Origin: the human T2T-CHM13v2.0 reference genome, Homo sapiens
Direction: 5' to 3' (one strand)
Assembly (NCBI RefSeq): GCF_009914755.1
Contig: NC_060927.1
DNA length: 64,000 nt
The notes under the pieces: model-generated
What the model saw: the letters and a program-made list of their open reading frames with translations, nothing else
The model's database searches: none
What the model was told of the DNA's origin: nothing
Part shown: piece by piece, positions 1 through 15,789 of the stretch
Layout of the letters: every line of letters begins with the position of its first letter
How positions within the stretch are numbered: the stretch's first letter is position 1
Program-made: the position numbers and the translations under genes

Positions 1-444
1 GAGTTACGGTCCCCTCCTTCAGGGAGGAGTATCTGTATAAATTATTTGGAATTCTGCATGGGAGATTTGCCTCCCATGTTTTCCTCCACATATTTACTAT
101 TCAATTTTTTTCTCAATATACACTCAAAATATTTATTTTATACTTTGGTCTATAACTCCAATGCTACTTTTAAATTTTGTTTCTCAAGTTGTTCCCACTT
201 TGGCCCGTGGAAGCTCTTTCAGCTGGCTCTTGTGCTCCTTTGACATCAATGTGGATTTTGTTGTTATCATTTCCTTACTTTCTGATACTGCAAGAGCTCT
301 AGGATTATCTTGTATAATTTTTGCCCCAGTCCAAGAATCAGCCATTTCTCCAAGGAACCCTGATTCCTTTCATTGGGGAATGGTATTAGAAACCATGACC
401 TGAACACTAGGTGTACTCATGTACTTGTTGCTACTGGGATTCCC

Positions 445-450
<6 letters not shown>
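1..450 (-). mobile_element. Old L1M (L1MC-like) 3' region fragment
   Basis: Resembles degenerate L1MC 3'UTR. Confidence 0.5.
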
Positions 451-1800
<1,350 letters not shown>

Positions 1801-2151
1801 ATGAAAAATAATGGAAGATTTTTAAGCCAACCTCCACCTAGCTCAATTACTAAATTAACCAACATTCTCCATTCCTTCTGTAAAACATACCAACGGGCAC
1901 CCAGGGCACATACAGGTGAGTACTTACAGCTAGTAGATCCCTCTCTAGTATACTGGTGTGTTCTGCTCCCATCACTTGAGCACAACACATACCAAGAATC
2001 ACATACACATACACAACACTTACCAAGTTGTGTTTGTTCCCAAACCTGCAGATATTAGTTTTGTTATTATAATTACTAATTTGATTAAATATGACATAAT
2101 CCCATGAAATATAAGTGTAGGAAAAAAGTTGTTACTATGAAAATTAGAAGA

Positions 2152-2495
<344 letters not shown>

Positions 2496-3608
2496 CTAAA
2501 ACATTTTTTAAACTAAAAGTGGATGAGACAACTATGAAAGATTGCAAGGAAATATAAAAACCTAAAATCAATTTACATTTACATTGTTTTGCAGAGGCTT
2601 ATAACATAATCCAAACTGGAAATTACAGAGGATACACTATGGGAGTAGTTTATGCAACGAAGGTGTCTTGGAAGTCTGATTAACAGACTCATACTCAAAG
2701 AAAGGGTATGGCAAAAGAATGTGTATTTAAATGTTCTAAACTAAACATTTATATATTCTAAACATTTAACTTAAAATGTTAAACTATGTATGAAGTATTA
2801 CTTATGATTCTTCACTTTAGCTGAATTTTTTCCGTAAGCCAAACTTATGCAGGCTCTGAGTAAGAGTGAAGAAGTTACTCAAACCCAAGATTTAACATTT
2901 TTTGTGTTGAGTTCAAGAATAAGCTATTTTTTAACCATCTTGGCAATTCGCATGTATTTTGTTTGACAGATGGGATATTTGACACATTGAATTTAGACTT
3001 GTGATTTTAATCTGAAATGTTTAAAAGAACATAATTGATGGTAGATTGAGGATTTAAATTGAAGATGTGTTGAAGTTGAATTGATTATGTTTGTAAATTG
3101 AGTTTGAATTTTTCAGAGAATCTGAGGAATTAAATCTACAACTTTTGAGTTATTAGGTTCGTAAATAGAATGTAAGTGCTTAGGAATATTGGTTTATTAG
3201 ATTTGTAAGCTTGCTTGTTGAGTGCTTGAAGTGCTTTAGAGAATCAGATACATTTATAATTGTAGTTTGAAATATCTAAGAATTTCATCATCTTAATAAT
3301 AAATGTTTAGGGAATTTAATCTATCTTATTTAGAAGTGACTGTTAAGTTATAACAGAATACTATATTTATAAATAAAATTTACCAGCTTAAAGTTAAGCT
3401 TAAGCACCTAATAAAAACTAGATTTTAAAATCAGATGTCTTTAATAAATTTAACATTAATTAAGCAAAAGTGGCTATAAGTGTTTGGGGTTTTTCTCTCT
3501 CTCTCTGTACAAAAGCCTGCCTCATACATTAAAAAACTCAAATGATGAAATGATGAAAGGTTCAACTTTTCCCAATCCAGGTTCTCACAAAAGAAAACAT
3601 CTCCAACA

Positions 3609-3729
3609 CACCAACATGGCACATGTATACATATGTAACAAACCTGCACATTGTGCACATGTGCCCTAGAACTTAAAGTATAATAAATATATATAAATAA
3701 ATAATAAAAATTAAAAGTAAAAAAAAAAC
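3609..3729 (+). mobile_element. Very short 5'-truncated L1PA 3' end with A-rich tail
   Basis: caccaacatggcacatgtatacatatgtaacaaacctgcaca...aacttaaagtataataa is the L1PA terminus. Confidence 0.9.
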
Positions 3730-3754
3730 TCCTTAAACCTTCAAGCAAAGCACA

Positions 3755-4300
3755 TGACCCAGCAATTCGACCACTAGATACATACTCAAGAGAAATGAAA
3801 GCATAAGTCCATACAAAGAATGGACATGAATGTTCATAGCAGTCTTATTTGTAATAGCCAAAAAATGAAAGTTACCTAAATGTCCATGAGCAGGCGAATG
3901 CATAAACAAACTGCTGTGTAGCTATGCCATAGAACATTATATAGCAATAAGAAGGAATAAATTACTGATAATGGATCAGTACAATATGGATGAAACTTGA
4001 AAACATTATGCTACCTATACAAAAGAAGTGAGACAAAAAAGGCATATATTATATGACTTCTTTTATATGAATATTTGTTAATACAGAAAGTAGGTTAGTG
4101 GTTGCCTACAGCTGGAAGTGGGGATGGGTGGAAATGAAGAGTAGCTTAATGAGTATAGAGTTTCTTCTGGGGGTGATGAAAATGTTCTAAAATTGATTTT
4201 GATGATCATTACATAACTCTGTGGCTATACCAACCACCATTGCATTTTACATTTTAAATGGATGAATTACATGTTATGTGAATTATATCTTCTTAAAGCT
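3755..4300 (+). mobile_element. L1M (MB/ME-like) 3'UTR
   Basis: ggtgatgaaaatgttctaaaattga and gtgaattatatct motifs. Confidence 0.75.
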
Positions 4301-4400
4301 GAGAAAAGAAAGAAAAAGAGAGAAAGAGAGAAAGGGAGGAAGGGAGGAAGGGAGGAAGAAAGGAAGGAAGGAAGGAAGGAGAGAAAAGAGAGAGAAAGAG
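4301..4400. repeat. GA-rich (GAAA/GGAA)n low-complexity tract
   Basis: Read directly. Confidence 0.9.
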
Positions 4401-5372
4401 TAAATAAATCCCTCCTACAGGAAAATATCTCTAGGAATATCTTGCACATATATGTAACAATTTTATTCTGTTGTGGATGTCCTGCTTCTTCACTCCGTAC
4501 TTGTCTTAAAGTCTTGTGTGGTGCATCTGACTAAGCCCAAGTCATGTACCCTGCCCTAGCAGCAAAGGAGGTGATGAAAATGAGTTTTGGTTTGCACTTT
4601 GGGAGTCAGGACTCCTAACAGTAGAGATTCCCCAAATACAGGAAAGCTGTTCTACAGATGCGGAGAAACAGAGACTGTAAGAATGTGAGAGACTATTCAC
4701 TGCACTCACTTACATGTGGAAAATGAGTTTAAGGAGGGGAAGATGAGAGGCAGAGGGACCAGTTAGGTGGCTGGTGCAGGTCCATAAAGAGAGATGGTAA
4801 TGACTTGAACTGAGACTGCAGTAATCGAGGCAGAGAGTTGGGAAGAGATTTGAGAAATGATTTGGAAGAAAAGTCAGCAGAATGTGGTAATTTGTTGCTT
4901 AAGAGAGATGAGGAAAAGGATAATTAAGAATTTCTGGCTTAAGTGACTGAATGGATAATGGGGCCTTGACCTAAGTTGAGAAAAGGACATGGAGGAGGAG
5001 CAAGTTTGGGAGTTAGAGTTGGGAGGAGGGTATATACTAAATTCTAGACATGTTATAGGTTTCTAATACAATTGCACTGTAGTCAAAAAGCATACTTTTA
5101 TAACTTGAATTCGTTTAAATTTGAGACTTGTTTTACAGTACTAAATCTGATCTATCTTGGTAAATGTTTCCTGTGCACTTGAAAAGTATGTGAATAATGT
5201 TATTACATGGAGTGTCCTACAAATGTTAATTAGGTGAAGTTGCTTGAGAGTGTTATTCCAGTCTCCTATATCTTTGCTGATGTTCTGTCTACTTGCTTTA
5301 TCAATTACTTGGAGCAGGGTATTGAAATATACAACTATAATAATAGATTTGTCTATTTCCCCGGCTCCTATC

Positions 5373-5631
<259 letters not shown>

Positions 5632-6020
5632 TGATTTCCTTTCTTTTGGATGTACACTCAGTAGTGGAATTGCTGGACAGGTGGTAGTTCTATTTTTAGT
5701 TTTTTGAAAAACCTCCATACTGTTTCCATAAAGACTGTACTAATTTACATCCCCACCAACAGTGTATAAGGGTTCCTCTTTCTCCACAAACTTGCCAGGA
5801 TCTATTATTACCTATCTTTTTGGTAAAGAACATTTTAACTGAGGTGACATGATATCTCATGGTGGCTTTAATTAGCATTTCTCTGATAATTAGTGATATT
5901 GAGCATTTTTTCATATATCCGTTGACTATTTATACGTCTTCTTTTGAGAAACATCCATTCAGATCTTTTGCCCATTTTTAGATCAGATTATTTGGGTTTT
6001 TTGCTATTGAGTTGTTTGAG

Positions 6021-6146
6021 CTCCTTATATATTCTGGTTATTACTCCCTTGTCTCCTTATATATTCTGGTTATGACTTCCTTGTATATTCTGGTTATTAC
6101 TCCCTTGTCTCCTTATATATTCTGGTTATTATCCCTTGTTATTACT
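6021..6146. repeat. Degenerate ~20-32 bp tandem repeat (ctccttatatattctggttattactcccttgt) inside the L1
   Basis: About four imperfect copies of tatattctggttat visible. Confidence 0.85.
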
Positions 6147-7015
6147 ATGGACAGTTTGCAAATATTTTCTCCCATTCTGTGGGTCATCTCTTCACTTCAT
6201 TGATGGTTTCCCTTGCTGTGCAGAAGCTTTTTAGCTTGATATAGTCCCATTTGTCTGTATTTGCTTTAGTTGAGTGTGCTTTTGAGGTCTTACACAAAAA
6301 ATTTTTGTCCAGACAAATATCCTGGAGCATTTCCCCTATGTTTTCTTCTAGAAGTTTCATAGTTTCAGATCTTAGATTTAAGTCTTTAATCATTTTGATT
6401 TTTGTGTATGGTGAGAGATAGGGGTATAGTTTCATTCTTTGGAATATAGTTATCCAGTTTTCCCAGTACCATTTATTGTAGAGATTGTCCTTTCTCCATT
6501 ATATGTTCTTGGTACCTTTGTTGACTATGAGATGGCTACAAACTTGTGGATTTATGTCTGGATTCTCTACTCCATTCCAATGGTCTATGTGTCTGTTTTT
6601 ACACCAATACCATGCTGATTTGGTTACTATAGCTTTGTAGTATACTTTAAAGTCCATTAGTATAATGCCTCCAGCTTTGTTCTATTTGCTCAAGATTGCT
6701 TTGGTTGTTTGGTGTCTTTTGTGGTTCCATATAAATTTTAGGATTGTTTTTTCTATTTCTGTGAAGAATCTCATTGGTATTTTGACAGGGATTGCATTGA
6801 ATCTGTAAATTGCTTTGAGTAGTATGGTTGTTTTCACAATACTAATTTTTCCAATCCATGAGCATGGAATATCTTTCTCTTTTCTTTGGTGTGTCCTCTC
6901 CAATTTCTTTCATCAGTGTTTTATAGTTTTCCTTGTATAGATCTTTCATATTTGGTTAAATTGATTTCTAGGTATTTTGTATTCTTTGTAACGATTATAA
7001 GTAGGATTGTTTTCT

Positions 7016-7180
7016 TTTTTTCTGATATACATTGTCTATATATATATAATTTTTTATTTTTAATTTTTATGGGTACATGGTATATATATTTATGGGGTAT
7101 ATGATATATTTTGATGTAGGCATACAATGTGTACTAATCACATCAGGGTAAATGGGGTATCCTTCACTTCAAGCACTTAT
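7016..7180 (-). mobile_element. L1MA 3' stub inserted in the long L1
   Basis: catcagggtaaatggggtatcc motif; flanked by duplicated TAGGATTGTTTTCT (~7002 and ~7180). Confidence 0.75.
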
Positions 7181-8100
7181 AGGATTGTTTTCTTGATTTC
7201 TTTTTCAGATTGTTTTCTGCTGGAAAATATAAACACTACTAATTTTGTATATTGATTTTGTATCCTGCAACTTTACTGAATTTGCTTATCAGTTCTAACA
7301 GTTTTTTGGTGGAGCTTTTAGGGTTTTTTTGTATACAATAGCATGTCATCTGTGAACAAGGCTAATTTGACTTATTTCTTTACAATTTGAATGCCATTTA
7401 TTTCTTTCTCTTGCTCAATTGCTCTCACTAAGATTTCCAGTATTATGTTGAATAAAAGTAGTGGAAGTGGACATCCTTGTCCAGTTCCAGATCTTAGACA
7501 AGAGGCTTTTAATTTTTCCTCATCAGTACTATGTTACTATGGGTTTGTCAAATTTGGCCTTTATTATTCTGAGGTATAGTTCTTCAATACCAGTTCCATA
7601 AGGATTTTTATCATAAAGGGATATGGGACTTTACCGAATGCTACTAAAATAATCATATAGTTTTTGTTCTTGGTCTGTTAATGTGATGTATCATGTTTGT
7701 TGATTACGTATGTTGACACGTCCTTGCATCTCTAGGATGAATCCCACTTGATTATGGTGAATGATCTTTTCAATGTGCTGTTGAATTTGGTTTGCTTGTA
7801 TTTTGTTGAGGACTTTTGACTCTATGTTCATCAGTGACATTTACCTATAGTTTTCTTTTGTGCTGTGTCCTTGTCTGGTTTTAATATCAGGTGAATGCTG
7901 GCCTCATATAATTAGTTTGGAAGTATCCCCTTATCTTCAATTTTTTAAGATTTTGAATATAATTGGTACTAGTTTTTAAATGTTTGATAGAATCCAGCAA
8001 TGAAATCATCAGATCCTTGGATTTTCTTTGATGGGAGACTTTTTACTACAATTTTGATCTCATTACTCATTATTGGTTTTTTTTTTAGGTTTTTTATTTC

Positions 8101-8385
8101 TTTTTTTTTCTTCAACTTTTATTTTAAATTCAGGGGTTACACGTGTAGGATGTGCAGGTTTGCTACATAGGTAAATATGTACCATGATGGTTTGCTCCAC
8201 AAATCATCCCATCACCCAGGTATTAAGTCTAGCATCTATTAGCTATTCTTTCTGATGCTGTCTATCCCCTCACCCCCTACCCCCACCACTTACAGGTCCC
8301 AGTATGTCTTGTTCCTCCTCCTTGTGTCCATGTTTTCTCATCATTCAGCTCCCACTTATAAGTGGGAACATGCAGTGTTTGGTTT
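8101..8385 (-). mobile_element. Older L1PA 3' stub inserted in the long L1
   Basis: gtgcaggtttgctacataggtaaat...cccacttataagtgggaacatgcagtgtttggttt; approximate TSD GGTTTT(T/C)TATTTC. Confidence 0.85.
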
Positions 8386-8727
8386 TCTATTTCTTCATGG
8401 TTCAATCTTGGTAGGTTGTATGTGTCTAGGAATTTATCCATTTCTTCTAGGTTTTCCAATTTGTTGCTGTATTGTTTTTCAAAATAGTCTATGATGATTC
8501 TTTGTATTTCTGTGTTGTTATGTCTCCTTTTTCATTTCTTTTATTTATTTCCGTCTTTTCTCTTTTTTTCTTAGTCTAGCTAAAGTTTATCAATTTTGTT
8601 TATCATTCTAAAAAACAATTTTTTGTTTCATTGATCTTCTGTATTTTTTAGTCTCAATTTCATTATTTTCTGCTTTCATCTTTATTATGTCTTTCCTTAT
8701 ACTAATTTGGGATTTGGTTTGTTCTTG

Positions 8728-9831
8728 TATCAGGGGAACCAGCCCCCAATATTTCAATGTAGGTTCTTTTCTATTTTTCCCTAAGTGTCGACCAGTCTGA
8801 GAAATAAAGAGAAAGAGTACAAAGAGAAGAATTTTACGGCTGGGCCACCAGGGGTGCCATCATATATTGGTAGGACCATGATGGCGACCTCAAGCCACAA
8901 TACCAGCAAGTTTTTATTAGGGATTTTGAAAGGCGAGGGGGTGTACGAATAGGGAGTGGGTCACAGAGATCACATGCTTCAAAGGGCAATACAAGATCAC
9001 AAGGCAAAGGGAATAGCAATATCACAAGGCAAGGGTGAAATTAGAATTACTGATGAGGGTCCACGTCCCGCTGGGCATGCATTGTCTTGATAAACATCTT
9101 AACAGGAAACAGGGTTCGAGAGCAGACAGCTGGTCTAACTAGAATTTACCAGGCTGGAATTTCCCAATCCTAGTAAGCCTGAGGGCACTGCAGGAGAACA
9201 GGGTGTATTTCATCCCTTATCTCAACCGCATAAGACAGACACTCCCAGAGTGGCCGTCTATAGACCTACCCCTGGGAATGCTTTCCTTTCCCAGGGTATT
9301 AATTATTAATATTCCTTGCTGGGAAAAGAATTCAGCGGTATTTCTTCTACTCACACATCCGTTTATAGGCTCTCTGCAAGAAGAAAAATATGGCTACATT
9401 CTGCCCGACCCCGCAGGCAGTCAGACCTTATGGTTATCTTTCCTTGTTCCCAGAAAATTGCTGTTATTCTGCTCTTTTTCAGGGTGCACTGATTTCATGT
9501 TGTTCAAACACACGTTTTACAAACAATTTGTACAGTTAACACAATCATCACAGGGTCCTGAGGTGACATACATTCTCACCTTACAAAGATAACGTGATTA
9601 AGAGATTAAAGACAGGTATAAGAAATTATAAGAGTATTAATTGGGGAAGAGATAAATGTCCATGAAATCATCACAATTTATGTTCAGAGACTGCAGTGAA
9701 GACAGGCGTAAGAAATTATAAAAGTATTAATTTTGGGAATTGATAAATGTCCATGAAATCTTCACAATTTATGTTCTTCTGCAGTGGCTTCAGCCAGCTC
9801 CTCTGTTTGGCGTCCCTGACTTCCCGCAACA
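8728..9831 (-). mobile_element. MER11 solo LTR (HERV-K11/HML-8)
   Basis: Minus strand starts TGTTGCGGGAAGTCAGGGAC and ends GGTTCCCCTGATA; 6-bp TSD TTCTTG at 8722-8727 and 9832-9837; internal ~85-bp duplication. Confidence 0.92.
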
Positions 9832-10905
9832 TTCTTGCTTTTCTAATTCCTTGAGGTACATCATTAGATTGTTTATTTGAAATATTTTTACTTTTTTTGA
9901 TGTAGGTATTTATTGTTATAAACTTCCCTCTTCCTACTACATTTGCTGTATTCCATAGATTTTGGAATGTTGTGTTTCCATTTTCGTTTGTTTCAAGAAA
10001 TTTTAATTTTTTCTTCTTATTTCTTCATTGACCCATTGGTCATTCAAGAGCATGTTAATTTCCATGTGTTTGTGTAGTTTCTGTGGTTTTGCTTGATATT
10101 GATTTCTAGTTTTATTCCATTGTGGTGAGGAAAAAATACTTGATATGGTTTTTAGTTTTTTGAATTTGTTCAGACTTGTTTTGTGTGGCCTAAGATATGA
10201 TCTATTCCAGAGAATGTTCCATGTGCTGATGAAAAAAGTATGTTTTCTTCATCATTTGGGTAAAATGTTTTGTAAATGTCAGGCCTATTAGGTCTAGTGT
10301 GTAGTTTAACTCTGATGTTTCTTTGTTGATTTTCTGTCTAGGTAATCTGTCCAGTTAAAAATCCCTACTATTATTGTATGGCAGTCTATCTCTCCCTTTT
10401 AGATCTATTAATGTTTGCTTTGTATACTTGGAAGCTCTAGTTTTGGGTGCATAAATATTTATAATTGTTTTATCCTTGGCTGAATTGATCCCTTTATCAT
10501 TATATAATGACTTTCTTTGTCTCTCTTTACAGTCTTTAATTTGTAGTCTATTTTATCCAACATAAATATAACTACTGCTACTGTTTTCCGATTTCCAGTT
10601 TCACAGAATGACTTTTACCACCCCTTCACTTTCAGTTTGTATGCATCTTTATAGGTGAAATGGGTTTCTCGTAGGCAGCATATAGATGGGTCTTGTTTCT
10701 TTATCCATTCAGCCACTGTATTCCTTTTAATTGGAGGACTGAGTTCATTCACATTTAGTGTTATTATTCATAAGAAATTACTTAACTACTGCCATTTTGT
10801 TGCTTATTTTCAGGTTTTGTAACTCCCCTTTTCCTTTCTTGTTCTTATTGTCCTCCTTTGTGGTTAAGTGATTTTCTCTGGTAGTATGTTTTAATTCATT
10901 GTGTC

Positions 10906-11415
10906 TTTTTTTCTTGATAGCATTACCCTTTATTTAGCAATAGGAATATCCTTTATACAGAACTAGTGATTTCACATGCTTTATTTTCAAAATCAAAATG
11001 CTCATCCACATACTTCAGAGGACCATGGGTTCACAATTCATTCTAATGATGGTGTTTTTTCAACTATAGTCCACAATAACCACATATCCCAGTTTTTGTT
11101 TCTTTGTCTATGTTTACACACACTTTTGGGTAGCCAAGAGCTCCCCAACCAGTTACACAATATTATCCAACTCTCTACTTCACTCATAGGTTGCTCTGTT
11201 ATCAAATCAGTGGCAAAGTTTACATTCACCTCTTTCTGACAACCCACAAACTGAATTTTTCTGGAGTCTTTATTATCATCAACCTGGCTGGCATGCATGA
11301 CCTTCTCTCCAGTTGGCAAGGCCCATACCCCAAAACACCTGGCACCTGAGGGCAGGCTCAACACCACTATGCTGCTCCAGCCCACAGCTGGTAAATCATT
11401 GCTGCTGCCATCTTC
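10906..11415 (-). pseudogene. NDUFS6P1: Processed pseudogene of NDUFS6 (complex I 13 kDa-A subunit)
   Basis: Minus strand reads MAAAM... from 11411, then after a frameshift [20 protein letters not shown]...[22 protein letters not shown], then after a second shift [32 protein letters not shown] (stop 11043-11045). Intronless; AATAAA at 10929-10934; residual poly(A) ~10906-10912. The P1 symbol is from memory. Confidence 0.92.
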
Positions 11416-12669
11416 AATTGCTATTTTTAGTGACTGTATTACAGGTTTTGCATATGGTGGTTATCATGAGGCTTAAAAAAAATCTTATAGATATAACAAG
11501 TTATTTTAAAGAGATGACAACTTATATAAAAAATAAAAGAATAGACATTAAGGAAAAATAAAAAATAACTCTACATGTTAACTCCATCCCTCCCACATTT
11601 TGACTTTTAGTTGTCTCAATTTACATAGTTTTACATTATGTATCTCTTAACAGCCTGCAGTTAGTTACTATTATTCTTTTTTAATAGATTTGTCTTTGGG
11701 GCTTCATACTAGAGTTATGAGTGAATTGCATACTACAATTATAGTATTTAAGTATTCTAGGTTTGTCTGTGTACTTAATTTTACCCAGGGGTTTCATAGC
11801 TTCAAATGTTTTCTTTTTGCATATTAGTATTTTTTGTTTCGGATTGAAGAACTCCTTTTAGCATTTCTTGTAAGATGGCTCTAGTGGTGGTGAATTCTCT
11901 CAGTTTTTGTTTTTCTGGGAAAGACTTTATCTCTTCTTCACAGTTAAAGGATAACTTTGCTGGATACAGTATTCTTGCATGAAAGGGTTTTTTTCTTTTA
12001 GCACTTTGAAAATGTCATTCCATTCCATCTTGGCCTGTATGGTTTGCATTAAGAAGTCTGTTGCCAGACAAACTGGAGTTCCTTTATATGTTATTTGCCT
12101 GTTTTCTCTTGCTGCTTTTAGGATCCTCTCTTTGTCCTCGGCCTTTGAGAGTTTGATTACTATATGCTTTGGGGTAGTGTTCTTTGTATTAGATCTGTTT
12201 GGTGTTCTCTGATCTTCTTGTACCTCAACATTTATTCTTTCTCATGTTTTGGAAAGTTTTCTATTATTATTTCTTTGGATAAGCTTTCTACCCCTTGTTC
12301 AACTCTCTCTTGAACACCAATAATTTTTAGATTTGGTCTTTTGAGGTAAACTTCTGTATCTTGTAGGTGGTCTTCATTTATTTTCATTCTTTTTTCTCTT
12401 CTGATTGCATATGTTCACATAGCCTGTCTTCAAGCTGACTGATTCTTCCCCTGCTTGATCCGTTCTGCTCTTGAGGGTCTCTAATGAAATTTTTAGTACA
12501 GCAAGTGTATTTCTCACTTCCAAAACATCTATGGGATTGTTTTAATTACTTCAATATTTTTGTTAAATTTCTCTGATAAATTTCTGAAATGGTTTTCTGT
12601 GTTATCTTGGAGATCACTGAGTTTCCTTAAAAGTGCTATTTTGGAGGATTTTTTTCTATTTTTGCTTTT

Positions 12670-12990
<321 letters not shown>

Positions 12991-14316
12991 TGAACTATTG
13001 GTCATAGAGGTCACATATTGCCATCTCATTAAAGTCAGTTACTGGTCCCTTGCTTTGCCCATTTGGGGAGTTTGTGGTTCCCTGTTTGCTATTGTTTCTT
13101 GTGATGTATATCCATGTCTTTGCACTAAAGGGTAGTTTATTCCAGTCTTCTCTGTCTGACTTGTTTTGGGTTTTATTGAATATATTTGCTTAAAGATTCT
13201 TCACTGCTACATTTCTGCCTCCTTTTCAGCTCTAGGTGGTGTCTTAAGCCCAGGTCCACCTCAGCTCTAGTAAATGGAAGGTATCCTGGGATATCCCAGC
13301 AATGTGGGAAGGCTGGCTAGGGGTTTGTGCCCAAAGTATCTGCAGAATGTACCTCCTACATCATGTTGCTGCTGAACAGACACTCTGATTTAATGTCTCC
13401 TTTGGCTCAGTTACAGAGCAGTTTCCAGTTCTGGGGATGGTAGTTCTGCCTCTCGATTTGCCTTTGCCCATCCTCCGGGATATTTCTCCCTTAAGGGACT
13501 TGCAATGTTTCTGTGGGCTAAGACAGGGACAAGTCTCCTGCCAAGGATCCCAAGATGGTGGGGAGCTGGTTGTCCACCGTGATCTCACTTTTTCCAGTGT
13601 ATAAACTGATTTAGGAGGAAACTTTTTGAATGCTTGGTGCTGGACAGAATAGGGGGAGGGGCATCCTGAACATGGAAGTCATTCTCTTACCATCTGCTTG
13701 GAGCTTTTTCACTTCTTTGTGACCCTGCAAACTGTCTCATCCTCATATTTCAGTTTTGGGATATTATTGATGGTAATCTTGGTGTTGTGTATTTGGGTTT
13801 GGTCTTCTTTTTCTGGGGAAAAGGGGGAGCCGGCTTGCTTCTATGCTGCCATTTTGGAACCAGAAGTCTCACATTTAATATGACTATTGATATGGTTGGA
13901 TGTAAGTCTATCGTCTGCTGTACTGGAAATTGGAAGTCTGTTGCACTTCTTAGATCTGTGAGTATATAGTTTTCATAAATTTTGGAAACTTTTGGCTAGT
14001 ATTTCTTCAGATACTTTTTGTCTTCACTCCTCTCCTTTGGAGATTCCACATATTAGGCCACTTGTAGTTGCTCTTTAGCTCACTGATGCTCTTTTCATTA
14101 ACATTTCTCTTTCTGTGTGTTTCATTTTGGATAATTTCTATTGATGTGACTAATCTTTTCTTTGGTAATGTCTAATTTGCCATTAATCCAATCTAATGTA
14201 TTTTTATTCTAGACATTATAGTCTTCAACTATAGAAATACAATTTGTGTCTTTTTTACATCTTCCCTTTTTAATATGTACTTAACTTTTTTGGCATTTGG
14301 AATATAGTTATAGTAA

Positions 14317-14638
<322 letters not shown>

Positions 14639-15445
14639 TAGTAATTGTTTTAATGTCTTTCTCTGCTAATTCTAACATCTGTGATAGTTCTGGTCTATTT
14701 TTGATTTGTTGATTTTTCTATTCATTATGGGTTATACTTTTCTAAATTGATCAAGCCTCTAGTAACTATCCTTTATGGGAAATACAAGGTTAGAGGCACA
14801 TGTTAAAGAACATCACAGCAATCAGCAAAATGCAGAATGTGGGAAACTCCTTATAACAATCTATTTCTTCAATATAAAAGTACAAGGAAAGAAAAAGGTG
14901 TAAGACATTTTAACCAAATGCATTGTGAGGAACTTGTTTGGATCATGACTGGAAGAAGTAAACTACATGAAACATTTATGAGAAAATTGGGAAATTTTGA
15001 ACACTGTCTAGATGTTAATAAATTATTACTTTAAAAGACAATTTAATGATTTTGTGGTTGTTTTTAAAAATAGACCTTATCATTTAGAGATGCATAGTGA
15101 AATATTTATGGATGAAATAATAATGCTCCATGTGATTTGCCTTAAAATAATCCAAGGAGGGAAAGAAAAGGTGAGGGTACAGATGGAACAAATTGGTCAT
15201 GGGATAATTGTTGAAGCCAAGTAATGGGTGCATAGTAGTTAATTATATTATTCTGTCTCTGTTTTCAATATTTGATATTTTTATACTAAAAAAAATTTCA
15301 GATGTTTTCTTGTCTAATAAGACTTGCCCTACTCTCTTCCTATACCTCATAGAATTAATTGTGCTCATGACTGCTCCCCTACCGTCATGTAATTTAAACA
15401 TTTATTTTCAAATCTTTCTCCCTTACTTGGCCATAAGCTCCTTGA

Positions 15446-15789
<344 letters not shown>

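Noticed and set aside
6021-6146. Repeat-spacer-like pattern
   Set aside because: No unique spacers; local slippage of L1 sequence, not CRISPR-like.
5696-8459. Minus-strand ORFs resembling L1 ORF2 protein
   Set aside because: Short broken remnants of a dead L1; no intact ORF.
9600-9780. ~85-bp direct repeat suggesting an array
   Set aside because: Internal duplication typical of the MER11 LTR.
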